Shown piece after piece: positions 18,197 through 20,000 of a DNA stretch of 20,000 nucleotides. The DNA is from Patellaria atrata CBS 101060 (taxonomy: Eukaryota): positions 52,865-72,864 of the forward strand of contig MU006097.1 of NCBI GenBank assembly GCA_010093705.1, read 5' to 3'. Position numbers and translations under genes: made by a program. Each line of letters opens with the position of its first letter. The first letter of the stretch is position 1. The notes below the pieces were generated by a model. The model had not been told where the DNA came from and ran no database searches. It saw only the letters and a list, made by a program, of their open reading frames with translations.

Positions 18197-20000
18197 ATGT
18201 ATCGCGACAGCGCAGGCTCGCGGTCTGCCAGCCCAAGTCCACCTCCAAGAAGTCGCAGGGAAGAATACTATAACCAACAAAGATCTTCTTTAAGATCCTC
18301 ATCAATTGGGTCCGGATCACCTCCTCCACGAACCCAGAGTCGACAGTATGATCCTCCCTCCGATTTCGACCTTCTTCATGATGCTGGTAGTACGGAAGCT
18401 CCTGGAGATCCGTATGAGTTGCCGTTACAAGGAAGCCTAGAAGAAGAGAAGAGAAGAAAAAGCTCAAGAAAACATGTAAAATCTCCCGTTAAACAGCATT
18501 CAAGCCCAGGAACAAAGCATAGCTCGGGACTATCGGGTACCACTCAGCAAGCAAGTCGCAGATCAAGAACGAGCGAGTACGCTATTCCCCCTCGTTTCGA
18601 GAATCTGGATGAGGTAGCGGAGCCAGAAACAGCATATCGTACAAATAGACATGGACCGTACAAACCAATAAAAGAAAAGAGGGAAGAGCGAATGGGCGTA
18701 GTAACCTCAAGTCCTGGGAGGACACCGAAATCAACACCTCCTAGGAAACACCCTAGGAAATACAGTCATCGAGAAGAGGATATCACTGCGCTACCTGTGG
18801 CACCGAGTCCCGAAGTACATCGGTACATACCTAGAGAAAGTGGTCATCCTGCGTCTTCTGACAAGGCTGCTCAATCAACATACAAAGAAACACGTTCCGC
18901 AGAAGGAGATAGAAAGGTATCGCGGTTGGCAACAGAGATATACACTATCTCTTATCTTGTCTTTTTCTCTATCCTTGGAACTCTAGCCCGTTTAGGTGTT
19001 GAATGGCTTACCCTTTACCCCGGAGCTCCAACTATTGAAAGCGTACTATGGGCAAACTTTGGTGGTAGCCTAGTCCTCGGATTCCTCGCCGAAGACAGAC
19101 AGCTCTTCAAGAACGAACGCGGTTTACTGAACACAAATGATATCTTACACGGCCCCAAACCAACAGCTGAAGATATAGCACAAGAGAAAGCCGCACACAC
19201 CAAAGTAAAAAAAACAATACCACTCTACATCGGCCTCGCAACCGGTTTCTGCGGATCCTTCACATCCTTCTCATCATTCATGCGCGACGTATTCCTCACC
19301 ATCTCCAACGAGCTCCCCACCCCCTTGCACTCCCACCCCTCCTCCTCAAACCCCTACATCACCCCACCCCGCAACTGGGCCTACAGCATCCCCGCCGTCC
19401 TCGGCCTCCTCCTCCTCCAACTCTCCCTCCCCCTCACCGCATTCAGATTAGGCACCCACACCGCTCTATTCCTCGACCGCAAAACCCCCACCCTGCCCCC
19501 GCGCCTCGTCCACAAATTTCTCGACCGCCTCATCCTCCTCCTTGGCCCCGCCACCTGGCTCGCCGCAGCGATAATAACAGCGCTCCCCCCCGACCGCAAC
19601 GAAGCGAGAGAAACATGGCGCGGCAAAGCCCTCTTCGCCTCCGTCCTCGCGCCCCCGGGCTGTCTGCTCCGCTTCTACCTCGCCCTGCACCTCAACGCCC
19701 TGACCCCGTCTTTCCCACTCGGCACCTTCGCCGCCAACGTCTTCGGGACCGCTGTCCTGGGCATGAGTTGGGACCTCCAGCATTCTTCGCTCGCTGGGAG
19801 CGCAGTCGGAGGGGGGAGGGGAGGCTGTCAGGTCTTGCAGGGCGTGATGGAGGGGTTCTGTGGCGCGTTGACGACGGTGAGTACCTTTGTTGCGGAGTTG
19901 GGGGCGCTGAGGAGGGTGCAGGCGTATGTTTATGCGGGGGTCAGTGTGGGGGTGGGAATGGCGGTCGTGTTGGTGGTTATGGGGGTTGTGAGGTGGAGCG
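18197..20000 (+). CDS. FEX1: Fluoride export protein (FEX, double CrcB/Fluc domain), 3'-truncated by the window edge
   Basis: Single open frame from ATG 18197 (first ATG after the in-frame TAG at 18158) to the window end; it is missing from the ORF track because no stop is reached. Two CrcB repeats: FSILGTLARLG...WANFGGSLVLG...GLATGFCGSFTSFSSF and APPGCLLRFYL...FPLGTFAANVFG...GFCGALTTVSTFVAEL. Confidence 0.92.
   Translation, partial: MYRDSAGSRSASPSPPPRSRREEYYNQQRSSLRSSSIGSGSPPPRTQSRQYDPPSDFDLLHDAGSTEAPGDPYELPLQGSLEEEKRRKSSRKHVKSPVKQHSSPGTKHSSGLSGTTQQASRRSRTSEYAIPPRFENLDEVAEPETAYRTNRHGPYKPIKEKREERMGVVTSSPGRTPKSTPPRKHPRKYSHREEDITALPVAPSPEVHRYIPRESGHPASSDKAAQSTYKETRSAEGDRKVSRLATEIYTISYLVFFSILGTLARLGVEWLTLYPGAPTIESVLWANFGGSLVLGFLAEDRQLFKNERGLLNTNDILHGPKPTAEDIAQEKAAHTKVKKTIPLYIGLATGFCGSFTSFSSFMRDVFLTISNELPTPLHSHPSSSNPYITPPRNWAYSIPAVLGLLLLQLSLPLTAFRLGTHTALFLDRKTPTLPPRLVHKFLDRLILLLGPATWLAAAIITALPPDRNEARETWRGKALFASVLAPPGCLLRFYLALHLNALTPSFPLGTFAANVFGTAVLGMSWDLQHSSLAGSAVGGGRGGCQVLQGVMEGFCGALTTVSTFVAELGALRRVQAYVYAGVSVGVGMAVVLVVMGVVRWS

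Overview
Gene-dense window of a filamentous ascomycete-type (Pezizomycotina-like) fungal chromosome, judged from short GT-AG introns with CTRAY branch sites and fungal housekeeping genes. Eight protein-coding genes can be reconstructed by hand: a TFIIIC B-block-binding subunit (Tfc3/Sfc3-like, minus strand, runs off the left edge), a DUF1264/oil-body-associated-like protein, a non-canonical eIF4E-family protein with a probable ~130-aa N-terminal extension, a degenerate centrin/calmodulin-like EF-hand protein, a NOPCHAP1/DUF4598-like protein, a large DUF4449/HAM1-like (BPI-fold-like) protein, a bacterial-Upp-like uracil phosphoribosyltransferase, and a FEX/CrcB fluoride exporter (runs off the right edge). 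A 100-N assembly gap lies at 16819-16918. I found no RNA genes, intact transposons or CRISPR-like arrays. I cannot support a new multi-gene system here. The best leads are the eIF4E paralog's extra N-terminal region, the divergent UPRT/FEX pair and a repeated motif in the long FEX tail, a C-rich to G-rich switch along three ORFs, a duplicated AT-hook module in Tfc3, and several splicing oddities. Family assignments come from recognised motifs, not database searches.
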